Positions 1 through 9,757 of a stretch of DNA of 64,000 bases are shown here, piece after piece. How positions within the stretch are numbered: the stretch's first letter is position 1; every line of letters starts with the position of its first letter. The translations under genes and the position numbers were made by a program. This DNA comes from Candidatus Bathyarchaeota archaeon (GTDB lineage Archaea; Thermoproteota; Bathyarchaeia; Bathyarchaeales; Bathycorpusculaceae). The stretch is taken from the NCBI GenBank assembly GCA_963707955.1, contig OY970176.1, positions 544,001 through 608,000 of the forward strand. Direction: 5' to 3'. The notes beneath the pieces were generated by a model. That model was not told where the DNA came from. It was given only the letters and a program-made list of their open reading frames with translations, and did no database searches.

Positions 1-1
1 G

Positions 2-1105
2 CTTAACCCTCAAGAACTCAGTGACCTGTTTCTGGCTCACAATAGCATATCTGGTCTTGAGGCTGCAGCAACACTTCTAGAATATGGCGAATTCGTGAAA
101 GAGAAGCGACTTGAGTCTGGTTCTGAGAGAATTTCAAGTTACAATTATCGAATTGGCACCTTCATGGAGAGCTTCTTCAAAAATGTTGGGCCGAAATATA
201 CGCACCTGATCGAAAGAGACCACAAGAACAGGATTGCTTTGGAGGTCAGATGCTTCGACGGAAGAGAAGTCGTTGATCCCGTTCTCAGAGGAGCACAAGG
301 AGCCATCCTCATGAGCGGCTTTCTGTCTCCTCCAACCGTTTACAGGGACTTGATGCTCTACGAGCCAGATAATGCTCGTCTGAAAGAGTTTGACCCTCCT
401 TTTCCAGCTGAGAACAGACTTATCCTAGCTGCTGAGGACGTGTCGTCAGAATTCAAGAGGAGAACCGACTTGATGCTTGAGAAGTGGAAAAGTTACGTTG
501 AAGCTATATCCGACGCCAGTCGAGGCAACATAGCCATCTTCTTCACGAGCTACAGACTAATGCATAAAGTCGTGTCACTGATAAAGACGAGCAGAAGGAC
601 AACTGTGGAAGAGCCGAATATGAAGAGAAACGAAGTGATTGAGAAGCTAGCAAGTTCGTCCAATAACATTCTGTACGGAGTCATGGGAGCCAAACTGAGC
701 GAGGGAATAGACTACCCTCACAACATCCTAAAGTGTGTCGTAGCCATTGGATTGCCGTATGCAACGTGGGACGCTTACCAAGAATCACTGATAGGTTATC
801 TTGAACAACAGTTCCCAGGAAACGGGAGAACTTATGCTTACTTGACACCGGCCATACTGCGGCTGGTTCAGGCCTGTGGACGCGTCCACAGATCAGCGGA
901 AGACAGAGGGTGCATAGTGATATTGGATGAACGGATTACTCAGCCTCACATCAAACGGCAACTTCCAAGCTATTACCAGAAAGAGATGATTGCAGTGAAA
1001 AGCCCGTCTGATTGTGCTGAGCGAATAAAGAGTTTTTGGAACATGCCTCACGCAAGGAAGCAGATTGGGCTATGTAACCAAGCGCGCGTAGATGACGCAG
1101 ACTAA
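2..1105 (+). CDS. XPD/Rad3/DinG-family SF2 helicase, C-terminal part (5' partial)
   Basis: Frame is open from the window start; motifs MSGFLSP, FFTSY, LSEGIDY, IGLPY and QACGRVHRSAEDRG match the helicase C2 domain. Confidence 0.88.
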   Translation, partial: LNPQELSDLFLAHNSISGLEAAATLLEYGEFVKEKRLESGSERISSYNYRIGTFMESFFKNVGPKYTHLIERDHKNRIALEVRCFDGREVVDPVLRGAQGAILMSGFLSPPTVYRDLMLYEPDNARLKEFDPPFPAENRLILAAEDVSSEFKRRTDLMLEKWKSYVEAISDASRGNIAIFFTSYRLMHKVVSLIKTSRRTTVEEPNMKRNEVIEKLASSSNNILYGVMGAKLSEGIDYPHNILKCVVAIGLPYATWDAYQESLIGYLEQQFPGNGRTYAYLTPAILRLVQACGRVHRSAEDRGCIVILDERITQPHIKRQLPSYYQKEMIAVKSPSDCAERIKSFWNMPHARKQIGLCNQARVDDAD

Positions 1106-1174
1106 CGATTACTGAAGATTCAGAAACGTTCCACCATTTATTAAGAGAAACTCCAAATATTCTTCGCATCAATA

Positions 1175-2215
1175 TTGGGCGAATCGAGTTCAATGGAAAT
1201 CGAGCAACTAATAAGAAAACTTCCGAAAGCAGAGCAGCACATTCACATCGTAGGCTCAACTAGACCCGAAACCCTACTGTGGCTTGCGGAAGATGGCGGC
1301 CTGGACAAACCCTTCAAAACTTCAAAGGATGTCCAAAACTTTTTCAGGTTCACGAGCTTTCCTCAGTTCATAAACGTATACTGCACCGTCGTTGATTGCA
1401 TCACAAAAGAGAATCAATTCGAACGCATCACCTACGAAATGCTGAAGTCAGAGACTCACTGCAACGTTCAATACGTGGAGGCCAGCTTCTCACCGCTTGA
1501 TCATGTGCTTCGGGGCCTTGATTACGGAAAAATGCTCAACGCCACAAACAGAGGCATAGACCGTGCAAGAATGGACTTCCAAATAGAATGCAATCTTAGA
1601 ATCGACCTCGTCCGAAACTATGGGCCAGAAAAGGGAATGGCGGTCCTAGACTGGGTAGAAAGCAAGGACGATAACATCATATCAGTTGACTTAGGAGGAA
1701 GTGAGGAAAGATTCCCTGCAAAGCCATACAAGTCGGTGTATCAAAGAGCAAGAAAGATGGGCCTCCATCTGGTTGCTCACGCAGGAGAGGCCGCTGGACC
1801 AGACAGCATCTGGCAAGCCGTTACCGAACTCGAAGTTGAACGCATAGGTCATGGAGTGACCGCAATTCACGAAGCAAAACTGATGGAACATCTCAAGAAG
1901 CGGAACATCACGATCGAAGCATGCCCCACAAGTAACGTAAGAACTCGAGTGGTCCATACAATCAAAAATCATCCCATTAAAGTCTTTAACGACCTCGGCT
2001 TAGCACTCACAGTGAACACGGATGATCCATCAATTTTCGCAACTGACATGAACAATGAATATCTGCAGCTTCACCGTCAACTCGGCTTCTCGCTCCAAGA
2101 ACTCTTCAAGTTCAGTCTCAACGCCGTAAACTCATCCTTTCTTCCAGAAAAATCCAAATCCAAGATGCGCAAATCTTTCACGAAGACTTACAATCGCATA
2201 TTGAACGAAGAATAG
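1175..2215 (+). CDS. add: Adenosine deaminase
   Basis: PKAEQHIH, HAGE, RIGHG, CPTSN and NTDDP motifs. Confidence 0.92.
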   Translation: MGESSSMEIEQLIRKLPKAEQHIHIVGSTRPETLLWLAEDGGLDKPFKTSKDVQNFFRFTSFPQFINVYCTVVDCITKENQFERITYEMLKSETHCNVQYVEASFSPLDHVLRGLDYGKMLNATNRGIDRARMDFQIECNLRIDLVRNYGPEKGMAVLDWVESKDDNIISVDLGGSEERFPAKPYKSVYQRARKMGLHLVAHAGEAAGPDSIWQAVTELEVERIGHGVTAIHEAKLMEHLKKRNITIEACPTSNVRTRVVHTIKNHPIKVFNDLGLALTVNTDDPSIFATDMNNEYLQLHRQLGFSLQELFKFSLNAVNSSFLPEKSKSKMRKSFTKTYNRILNEE

Positions 2216-2288
2216 CGCGCGCTTGAAAAATATCGAGATAGATGCTAAGAAGGTGTTTTCACGCACTATGTGGAAAGAAAAAAAGCAG

Positions 2289-2693
2289 TCATTCCGTGGT
2301 TTTGCCGTCGAATTCTTCTGGTTTCGCCAACGCGTCCGCTTTTGTCTTACGCACCGTACCATCTTGGTGTTCAGGGGGCGAGTATATAGTGTACAGCTTT
2401 AGTTCTGTAGTCTTCGACGTATTCATCACGTTGTGTCTCGCACCAGCAGGCACAATAACCGCATCCCCATCAGCGACCTTCTGCTTGACCCCGTCTATGG
2501 AGACTGTTCCCTCACCTTTCTCGAACCTGAAGAACTGGTCGATTTTCTTATGCACCTCTTCGCCTATTTCCTCTCCAGGCTTAAGGTTCATCAACACAAG
2601 CTGACTGTTTTTACCAGTGTAAAGTACCCGCCGGAAATCACTATTGCCCAAAGTATCCTTCTCGATATTCGATTTGAAACCTTTCATAGGCAA
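2289..2693 (-). CDS. Cupin-domain protein
   Basis: GEEIGEEVH...DQFF and VPAGARHNV cupin motifs. Confidence 0.9.
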   Translation of the reverse strand: MPMKGFKSNIEKDTLGNSDFRRVLYTGKNSQLVLMNLKPGEEIGEEVHKKIDQFFRFEKGEGTVSIDGVKQKVADGDAVIVPAGARHNVMNTSKTTELKLYTIYSPPEHQDGTVRKTKADALAKPEEFDGKTTE

Positions 2694-2859
2694 GACCTCA
2701 CTTACGATTCCGTAACCCTTTATTTAAGACTTCACCGCTTAGCGCGTGCACACGTTGAGAATGTAATGACGATTTCTCATATTAAAAAGGGGGTGGAGCT
2801 GTCTATTCCATGCGGCCTCCTTTGGGATAGCTTGCCTACATGACTATCATAAGTGTTAA

Positions 2860-3309
2860 ATGATCATGTTTTTTCATGTATGTTCTTGCATGCCAGTCAG
2901 TCAGGAAGTCAAGGGTAACGCGCTGAAGATTTACCTGTACTTGCTCAGGCACGGACCGTCTGAGCTCAGGGATGTTCAGCGTGGAGTCGGCTTGTCTTCA
3001 GCTTCTCTTGCTTCTTACCATCTGGGAAGGCTTTCAGAGGCGGGCTTCGTGAAGCAGGATGACCAGGGAAGGTATTCCGCGGTGAAGGAGGCGTCGGACA
3101 GGGTTCTTGAGGGCTACTCAAGGATGGGGCCCGCGATCGTACCGCAACTGTTCTTCTTCGCCTTGCTCTTCACCATTCTTGTGGCATTCTTTTCGTTCGA
3201 GGTTTTGAACGGGTCAGGTTTCACGGTGTACTTGGTGGCTGTTTGTTCGGCTATGGTTCTTGTTTTCTGGTATGAGACGGTGAGGCTCTGGCGCAGACTG
3301 GCAGTCTGA
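2860..3309 (+). CDS. Winged-HTH transcriptional regulator with two C-terminal transmembrane helices
   Basis: N-terminal HTH (LRDVQRGVGLSSASLASYHLGRL) followed by two hydrophobic segments; true start may be ATG 2890. Confidence 0.75.
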   Translation: MIMFFHVCSCMPVSQEVKGNALKIYLYLLRHGPSELRDVQRGVGLSSASLASYHLGRLSEAGFVKQDDQGRYSAVKEASDRVLEGYSRMGPAIVPQLFFFALLFTILVAFFSFEVLNGSGFTVYLVAVCSAMVLVFWYETVRLWRRLAV

Positions 3310-3446
3310 CCTGGGCCGTCGACAAGGGCACGGTTAAAGACTCTTGAACGTTTCTTTCAACAGTCTTTAAAGAACTTTCAAAAATGTAGGTTTTTATTCT
3401 CTCATTCCTACACGGAAGGAAAGGAAAATAAGGAGAGGAAACTAAA

Positions 3447-4586
3447 ATGTCAAGAAAATGGACTTTGAAGTACGGTTTGGCCGCGGTGCTCGTGGCGATT
3501 GTCGTCATTGCTGTCGTTTTGTACGCTAATCCGTTGTCATCTGTGACGCCTAGTCAGACTTCGGCTGCTGCGTCTTTTGTGGTTATGTTGACTGATCCTC
3601 CGACTGTGCCTGCTGGGACTACAGTGCTCAATTTGACGTACTCTAACGTTACGCTTCACGTGACTTATCCGAATGGGACTGCAGTGTGGCTTCCTGTCAA
3701 CGCTTCCGGGACCGTTAATCTTTTCTCGTTAGTCAACAACATGACGACGATTGCTTCCACTACGATTGCGAATGGTTCAGCGGTGGACAAGATTCAGTTT
3801 TCAATCGCTGGTGTTGAGGCTGAAGTTAACGGAACCGTGTATCCTGTGACTGCTTTGTCGAACACTTTTGTGGTGTCTGTAGCGAACCCTCAGGTAAATC
3901 AGACGCTTTCCGGCGTGTTGGTAGACTTCAATCCGACGCTGGTGCAGATACAGGCAACTGACGCCAATGGAACCATAGTGTATTATTACGTGCTTGTCCC
4001 AAGTGCGACTGCCACGATTGTTGGTGACTTGAGCAAGGAGCAGATAAAAGTAGGAACCATTGTTGAGCTAGGGCAAAACAACAGGGCAAAACTGGTGCAC
4101 GTTGTGGAGGAATTTTCGAACAACCTGACAATTGTTAACGCTTCGCTTTCGGTGAACGGCAATGTTACAACTCTTTCGGTGACTATAATAAATGAGGGCA
4201 ACTTCACCTTTAGAGTTTTCGGGCTGACACTGCACGGTGAATTCAACGCGACACGGACTTGGAAGAAAGGAAATGAAGAGACCAATGAGATTATCATTGA
4301 GAAGATTCATCCAGACACAATTCCCTTCAAGGTGAACGGTTCATCGCTGATTCCGCTTTTCGGTGACCAAGAGGACCTTAAGGATGATGACATGGAGCCT
4401 TCTTCGCTGGCTCTGCAACCTGGGCAGAACGTTACATTGAGTTTTAGTGGTGTCATTGCACTTCAGCCGGAAAAGGACAATATGATGAATCCGGCAATGG
4501 TTGTAACTCCGATAGTTGGCGGCAACTACACCGTGAGACTGACTGGCGAAGGCTTCATGATATTCAACGTCACGGCCACATCTTAG
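3447..4586 (+). CDS. Membrane-anchored surface protein, DUF4382-like
   Basis: N-terminal hydrophobic anchor, VMLTDPP motif, many N-x-S/T sequons. Confidence 0.65.
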   Translation: MSRKWTLKYGLAAVLVAIVVIAVVLYANPLSSVTPSQTSAAASFVVMLTDPPTVPAGTTVLNLTYSNVTLHVTYPNGTAVWLPVNASGTVNLFSLVNNMTTIASTTIANGSAVDKIQFSIAGVEAEVNGTVYPVTALSNTFVVSVANPQVNQTLSGVLVDFNPTLVQIQATDANGTIVYYYVLVPSATATIVGDLSKEQIKVGTIVELGQNNRAKLVHVVEEFSNNLTIVNASLSVNGNVTTLSVTIINEGNFTFRVFGLTLHGEFNATRTWKKGNEETNEIIIEKIHPDTIPFKVNGSSLIPLFGDQEDLKDDDMEPSSLALQPGQNVTLSFSGVIALQPEKDNMMNPAMVVTPIVGGNYTVRLTGEGFMIFNVTATS

Positions 4587-4605
4587 TCTTGGACGTTCGC
4601 CCCCC

Positions 4606-4628
4606 GCTTCTCTTTTTCTTCTTTTTTA
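4606..4628 (+). terminator. Pyrimidine/T-tract terminator
   Basis: T-rich run about 20 nt after the stop of the surface-protein gene. Confidence 0.5.
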
Positions 4629-5199
4629 CTCTGCTTGCAGTTGTCAAATCACAAGAATCCTAAAGCGGAAAGTTCCATTCTAGAACATTGGAAAGAGTCA
4701 AGGTTACTTGAAGGGTGGTCCTCGTTCAGTGGATTCAGAGCCCGCCATTACGTCTAGGCTGTGAAACCGGGTTCAAACCACATTTTGAGCGTTGGACCCG
4801 GACTAGGGTAAAAGTCCATACTTTTAACGATCATGGCCCTTGTTTTCTGCTGACTTAACTAGTAACGTGCGCGAGGAATGCCTATGCGATTTTGCCGATG
4901 TCCAAGTGTTCAGAAAGCGCAAATAATCAGAGACAAGAATGTGACCTCCGGTGTTTGTGGTGTGGTCATATAGGTTAGAGCCCATGTTTGAACCCTCGTG
5001 CAAGCGCTAGATCTGATCGATGCATCGAAATCTGAACCCGTGTTCTTAAAGGAACACTGAAAACGACATGCCTCACTCCAACACTACTGTAATTTACTGT
5101 CTTTTGAAAATGGCAAGCGTCACCGTTGTGCATGAGCAAGAGGTCAACCGCGAACTTAAATTTTCCCAACACTAATATCATATCCAATGGAGTGGATGA

Positions 5200-5739
5200 A
5201 TGGTTGGGAAAGTTGCGATGAGTAGGAAACGCTTGGACGAGGATTTGAAGCCGTTTGCCGAACTTGCCGTCCGAATGGGAGCGGTTGAAGCGAAAGCAAT
5301 TGACCCAAAAAACATCATTGTCAAAGACTGGGTTAGACTCAAATGCCAATATGGTTGCGGGAATTATGGCAAATCTCTGACCTGCCCGCCCTACAGCCCA
5401 ACGCCAGAACAGACGAGAAAGGTTCTGAAGGGTTATTCACGTGCCATCCTTATGAGGGTTCCAGATGAATCGGCAGCAGCACATGACATCATTGCCAAAT
5501 TGGAAAGACGCGTTTTCCTATCTGGATACCATTCTGCCTTTGGACTGGTCGCTGGACCCTGCGAGCGATGCGAGAAATGCAACCTGCAACAATGTGTTTA
5601 TCCGAGGTTGGCTAGACCTTCCTTGGAATCCTCTGGCATAGACGTTTATGCTACTGCAAGGAAGAACGGATTTCACATTGAGGTTTTGAAAACCCGAAGA
5701 CAAAAGCCCACGTATTTTGGATTGCTGCTTGTCCAGTAA
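5200..5739 (+). CDS. DUF2284-type Cys-rich metal-binding protein
   Basis: KCQYGCGNYGKSLTCPP, GPCERCEKC and RPSLESSGIDV motifs. Confidence 0.88.
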   Translation: MVGKVAMSRKRLDEDLKPFAELAVRMGAVEAKAIDPKNIIVKDWVRLKCQYGCGNYGKSLTCPPYSPTPEQTRKVLKGYSRAILMRVPDESAAAHDIIAKLERRVFLSGYHSAFGLVAGPCERCEKCNLQQCVYPRLARPSLESSGIDVYATARKNGFHIEVLKTRRQKPTYFGLLLVQ

Positions 5740-5790
5740 ATGTTGTCAAAAGCGCGCGCTTGTTTACGAGGCACGTTTGCCTTGAATCAG

Positions 5791-6291
5791 CTAGCGTGCG
5801 GTTTGCCCTTTGTATGTCGTATAGCTGATGTATGGCGGCTGGAAGTCGTGTTGCCAGTAGATGCACAGTATTTCTCCGCGGTGGTGGATCTCCTCTTCAA
5901 TCACGTGCATCAGGATGTCTTCGGTTTCATTTCGGTTAGTGTTTCCGTCTCTTCCTCTGTATTCGAACACGCTTTGGAGGTTTTGGTCTGTGAGTTTCTC
6001 CAAGTATTCGTTTGTCTCAGCCTCTACTTTGTCAGCGTATTCTTGGACGGAGTTGATGTCTGTGTATTTTGTGAACGGGGCGCCGTAGATCCCTTCTGTG
6101 TTTTTTCCGCTCAAGCGTCTGATCCAGAAGTACTCGGCCTGTAGACTGTGAACAAATATGTCTCGGATGGAGTCAAAGCTGGCTCCACTGCTTCCTATGA
6201 CTGTTTCCCAAGGGATTTCTGCCATGCTTTTCAACAGTCTGCGACGTGAATACCAGTTATATCCAAAAAGATCTTTAATGTTCAAAGGCAT
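5791..6291 (-). CDS. DinB-family protein
   Basis: SIRDIFVH...E..W and HVIEEEIHHRGE motifs. Confidence 0.88.
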   Translation of the reverse strand: MPLNIKDLFGYNWYSRRRLLKSMAEIPWETVIGSSGASFDSIRDIFVHSLQAEYFWIRRLSGKNTEGIYGAPFTKYTDINSVQEYADKVEAETNEYLEKLTDQNLQSVFEYRGRDGNTNRNETEDILMHVIEEEIHHRGEILCIYWQHDFQPPYISYTTYKGQTAR

Positions 6292-6537
6292 CTCCCCAAA
6301 AACGTAATGTGCTGGTTTCTAATAACGTTTGTCAGAACCGCTTTTCTGTTTGCCCAATGCTGAGGCGCGTTACTCCTTCCTTCTGAGGCATTGAACCTAA
6401 GGTTTTTCCTATTTCTCTGAAAATCTGTCCGAGTAAGAGCAGAGAGGACCATACCTTGCAAGAATAGAAACTGGCCGTTCCAGCACTGATTGCACAAAAA
6501 TCCGACTAGACTAGCTTTATTTCGCACAATACGCCAT

Positions 6538-6661
6538 TGGTGGGGTCGCTGGGATTTGAACCCAGGATCGCCAACGCCCCAGGTCTGGTATACTAAACCA
6601 CTCAAGGTAACGGTGGACCAGTATACTATACAGTCACCGTCACTAGCTATACGACGACCCC
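6538..6661 (-). tRNA. tRNA-Pro(GGG) with a 44-nt D-loop intron (6601-6644) and encoded CCA; one extra base in the anticodon stem
   Basis: Reverse complement reads GGGGTCG-TC-GTATAGCT-[intron]-TGGTTTAGTATA-CCA(G)AC-CTGGGGC-GTTGG-CGATC-CTGGG-TTCAAAT-CCCAG-CGACCCC-A-CCA; the intron ends pair as GTGACGGTG/CACCGTTAC. Confidence 0.85.
6581..6602 (+). repeat. attL of element I
   Basis: AGGTCTGGTATACTAAACCACT matches 12378-12398 except for one extra C. Confidence 0.85.
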
Positions 6662-7551
6662 AACCAGAGACACGATACCAAGAGCAGATAGATAAAACCA
6701 TCGAAAAAGCCACAATCGAAGGAAAAGCCAAGAACACAATCAACGCCTTCAGACACAGACTAATAGAACTAAGTAGAGTAGCCGACCTAATGAACCCCGA
6801 CGACGCTAAGAAAGCAATCGGATACTCAAAACTATCAAACTCTAGCAAATGCTCATTCGCCCTAGCATATGAATGGTTCACCAAAGCCAATGGCCTCAAA
6901 TGGGAAAGACCAAAATTCAAATGGAACCTAACCACGCCGATTATCCCAACCACTGACCAAGTGAACAAAATAATCTCAGCCACAACACTAAGATTTGCTA
7001 CCATATTCAAGTTAATGGCAGAAACAGCCGCAGAAGGCGAAGAATTACACCGAACACACCGAAATCAATTCGAGCAAACGCAAGGCATCATAAGCATAAA
7101 GGGACTCAAAGGACACGATTCAGCCAACTACAAACTGAAACCGCCGATAGCCGAAATGCTCAGAGAATACTTAGCCAAGAACCCCCAAAACTACCCATTC
7201 CCACGACCATACGTAATGTCAGTCATGTGGCGACGAGCAAGAGAAACAGCTTCGAAGAACAACAACGACCCAAGCCTCAAAGCTATACCCATGAAAAGCT
7301 TACGCAACTACTCAGGCGCACAATTCTGGTACAACTTCCCTGACCCGATCGGCGTAATGAGACACCTAAGACACAAGCGCATGGAAACAACAATGCACTA
7401 CCTAAGAGCAATAACCCTAGACGGAGACATCGAATACGACTGTAAAATAGTTGACAGTACAGACACAGAAGGAATCAAGAAGCTCATCGAACTAGGCTAC
7501 ACCAAACAAGACGAAGCAAACGGAAAACACTTCTACCGAAAACGCAAATAG
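6586..7551 (+). CDS. int: Tyrosine recombinase, C-terminal fragment int(C) of a split integrase
   Basis: GLKGH, KSLRNY and LRHKRMETTMHY motifs; the ORF upstream of 6586 (WWGRWDLNPGSPTPQ) is just antisense tRNA. Confidence 0.85.
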   Translation, partial: WYTKPLKVTVDQYTIQSPSLAIRRPQPETRYQEQIDKTIEKATIEGKAKNTINAFRHRLIELSRVADLMNPDDAKKAIGYSKLSNSSKCSFALAYEWFTKANGLKWERPKFKWNLTTPIIPTTDQVNKIISATTLRFATIFKLMAETAAEGEELHRTHRNQFEQTQGIISIKGLKGHDSANYKLKPPIAEMLREYLAKNPQNYPFPRPYVMSVMWRRARETASKNNNDPSLKAIPMKSLRNYSGAQFWYNFPDPIGVMRHLRHKRMETTMHYLRAITLDGDIEYDCKIVDSTDTEGIKKLIELGYTKQDEANGKHFYRKRK

Positions 7552-7727
7552 CCAATCTCCCCTTTTTTCTTCTAATCAGGCAGAAGCCTTCGTGTTCCTC
7601 GGCTTACGCCTCGTCACACTACAAAACACAAAAACCCAAACTAAAACAAAGCTACCGCTACCCATAGCGCACGCGCTCATTTGGTTGGAGTAAAATTTCG
7701 TTCCAAACCCAAACAGAACCTTAAATA

Positions 7728-8210
7728 GTGCTGGACATTAACAAATCTGTCATGGCAACCAACCAGAAAGCCCTCTTTAAGTTGCTAATCAAATACACTG
7801 TGAGCCCTGAAGAACCTGTAGCGGGTGAACGCGCGAATTTCACCATAAGAATAACAAACATAAGTGACTCAGCATTTCTTGGAGGTAAATTCGATTTCTT
7901 CAGGATCGAGGACGCTGGCGGTCTCGCCACGTCATCGGCACTAGAATCATCATTACCGACAATTCCAGAGATTAAGCCTAATGAATCTTATGAATGGTCC
8001 CATGGCATCAGAATTCCTGTTGATGGACTCGTATGGGTTGAAGCGAAGATTCGAACTAGTGATGGTCAAGAAGTACGGCATTTTCAAATTAGAGAATACG
8101 ATATGGGTACTGAATGGAAATCTCCGTTGCACGTTATTAGTAAGGAAAACAGCAGGATTATTTCACTTTTGAGCGAAATTGCCAAATCCTTGAAATCGAG
8201 TAAAGCTTAA
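7728..8210 (+). CDS. Hypothetical protein, possible Ig-like/CARDB-like fold (element I cargo)
   Basis: SPEEPVAGERANFTIRITN and IPEIKPNES patterns. Confidence 0.5.
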   Translation: MLDINKSVMATNQKALFKLLIKYTVSPEEPVAGERANFTIRITNISDSAFLGGKFDFFRIEDAGGLATSSALESSLPTIPEIKPNESYEWSHGIRIPVDGLVWVEAKIRTSDGQEVRHFQIREYDMGTEWKSPLHVISKENSRIISLLSEIAKSLKSSKA

Positions 8211-8231
8211 TATCTCTAAAAAATCTTTCAA

Positions 8232-8480
8232 TTGCTGATAGAAATGTTTGACCGAAGGGAGCGAGAGTTAGAAAGAGAAAGCGTAACCTACGGTGCTGAC
8301 CTAACACTCAAAACAATCTATGACCTGAAAAAAGAATTTCAGGAGTTCAAGGCTGTCGTACTAGAAAGAGAGAAAATGAGAGAGAAAATGTGGGGAGACC
8401 GTTTAGTCTTTCTTGGACTCCTAATAGCGTCTTGGGCCATTACAACAGGCATACTTTTACATTCGACTGGAACATTTTAG
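8232..8480 (+). CDS. Small coiled-coil protein with C-terminal transmembrane helix
   Basis: Charged helix followed by LVFLGLLIASWAITTGILL. Confidence 0.55.
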   Translation: MLIEMFDRRERELERESVTYGADLTLKTIYDLKKEFQEFKAVVLEREKMREKMWGDRLVFLGLLIASWAITTGILLHSTGTF

Positions 8481-8725
8481 CTACATTGAATCAGATTGCG
8501 CTCTTTGTTTCACGATTGCGATACTTGGAGTTCACGTCTCCTTTGCGAGCGCTACAACAAAAACAAAAGAAACACGCACATCTAATTATCAGGCTTAAGC
8601 CCTGTTGCTCTTCGTCTCACGCGTGCGCCAAAAGGCATAAAGACGTAGACATGAAGAAGAGCGCATGCTTTAAATAGAAACCAATTTAACTCGGAGTTTC
8701 CGACTATCATACAAAGCAGAATCGT

Positions 8726-9439
8726 ATGTCAGATATATTGCCAGACCAAATGTGGTGGCTCATAACTACAATTCTTGCAACGTTGACCATTATTGTACCG
8801 ATTGGTTTATACTGGAAAACTCGAAAGATTCGATTATTTTGTTATAATATTGTTCAACAGACGCCTTTGCTAAGGGTGAACAAAACGATAAAAGAGAAGC
8901 TACAGATAACCTTTGAAGGAAAACCAGTGCAGCAGTTTTACCTTGTCATAATCAGGCTCCTAAACGCAGGAAATACTCCGATAACGACACCTGATTTTGC
9001 GAGTCCAGTCCAAGTGAGTTTTGGCAACGATGCCGAAATACTTACAGCCGAAATCCAAAAAAAGCAACCTCAAGATTTGTTAACATCCTTCGCTATCGAA
9101 GGAAACAAAATCGTCCTCAGTCGCGACCTCCTAAATAAAGGCGAAGGCATTACACTTAAAGCACTTATCACAAAATTTGAGAAGGTGTCGGTAAGCGGAA
9201 GGATTACTGGATGTGAAATCCGTGAGTTTAAGGACCAAAGCCAATCCTATCTTACTAGAATAGCTATTGGTCTCATGGGAATCTCTCTCATCGGGACCAT
9301 TCTCGAGACTCTGACACCGACCTCCAATTTGTATCACTTCATTGCTACTTCTTCAGCAGCTGCACTTGTTGTCGTTATGGGCATGTACACTTACAAGCTT
9401 TGGAAAAAACAGCGCTTGCAAGCTTCGGAAAAAACGTAG
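8726..9439 (+). CDS. Membrane protein with three TM helices and a soluble beta domain (cargo)
   Basis: One N-terminal TM, NAGNTPI motif, two C-terminal TMs. Confidence 0.7.
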   Translation: MSDILPDQMWWLITTILATLTIIVPIGLYWKTRKIRLFCYNIVQQTPLLRVNKTIKEKLQITFEGKPVQQFYLVIIRLLNAGNTPITTPDFASPVQVSFGNDAEILTAEIQKKQPQDLLTSFAIEGNKIVLSRDLLNKGEGITLKALITKFEKVSVSGRITGCEIREFKDQSQSYLTRIAIGLMGISLIGTILETLTPTSNLYHFIATSSAAALVVVMGMYTYKLWKKQRLQASEKT

Positions 9440-9565
9440 TCACGCCTGAATTTTCACCTTTCCCTCTTTCATCAATCACTTTAACAAAAAAAGCAGAAAC
9501 AATGAGTGTCAACCACAAAGCAAGACACACGACAAACAAGGAAAACAACTGAAAACCCAATAGTC

Positions 9566-9757
9566 TTAACGACGATGCTCCCGCCGCCTTCGTGTTCTCC
9601 GCCATGGAATCAACATCCGACCAAACTCAAAAACAATCCTATCAGCACCCTCACGACAAAAACCATCAACACTCAGATGAGCCAAAAACTCAGCTTCAGA
9701 ATCAAAAACAGCCTTACAAGACCGACAACAACAGACACCGCCAACGACAGACCTCAC
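9566..9757 (-). CDS. Small C2H2-like zinc-finger protein
   Basis: CRSCKAVFDSEAEFLAH; abuts the Rep stop codon. Confidence 0.6.
   Translation of the reverse strand: MRSVVGGVCCCRSCKAVFDSEAEFLAHLSVDGFCREGADRIVFEFGRMLIPWRRTRRRREHRR

Noticed and set aside
4765-4802. CCGGGTTCAAAC...GTTGGACCCGG hairpin resembling a tRNA T-arm
   Set aside because: No cloverleaf or acceptor stem can be built.
6490-6585. Apparent N-terminus of the 353-aa integrase ORF
   Set aside because: It is translated antisense tRNA and stays in frame only because of the suspect extra C at 6585.
6282-7010. 242-aa minus-strand ORF
   Set aside because: It is the antisense shadow of the integrase and reads through the tRNA; it has no protein motifs.
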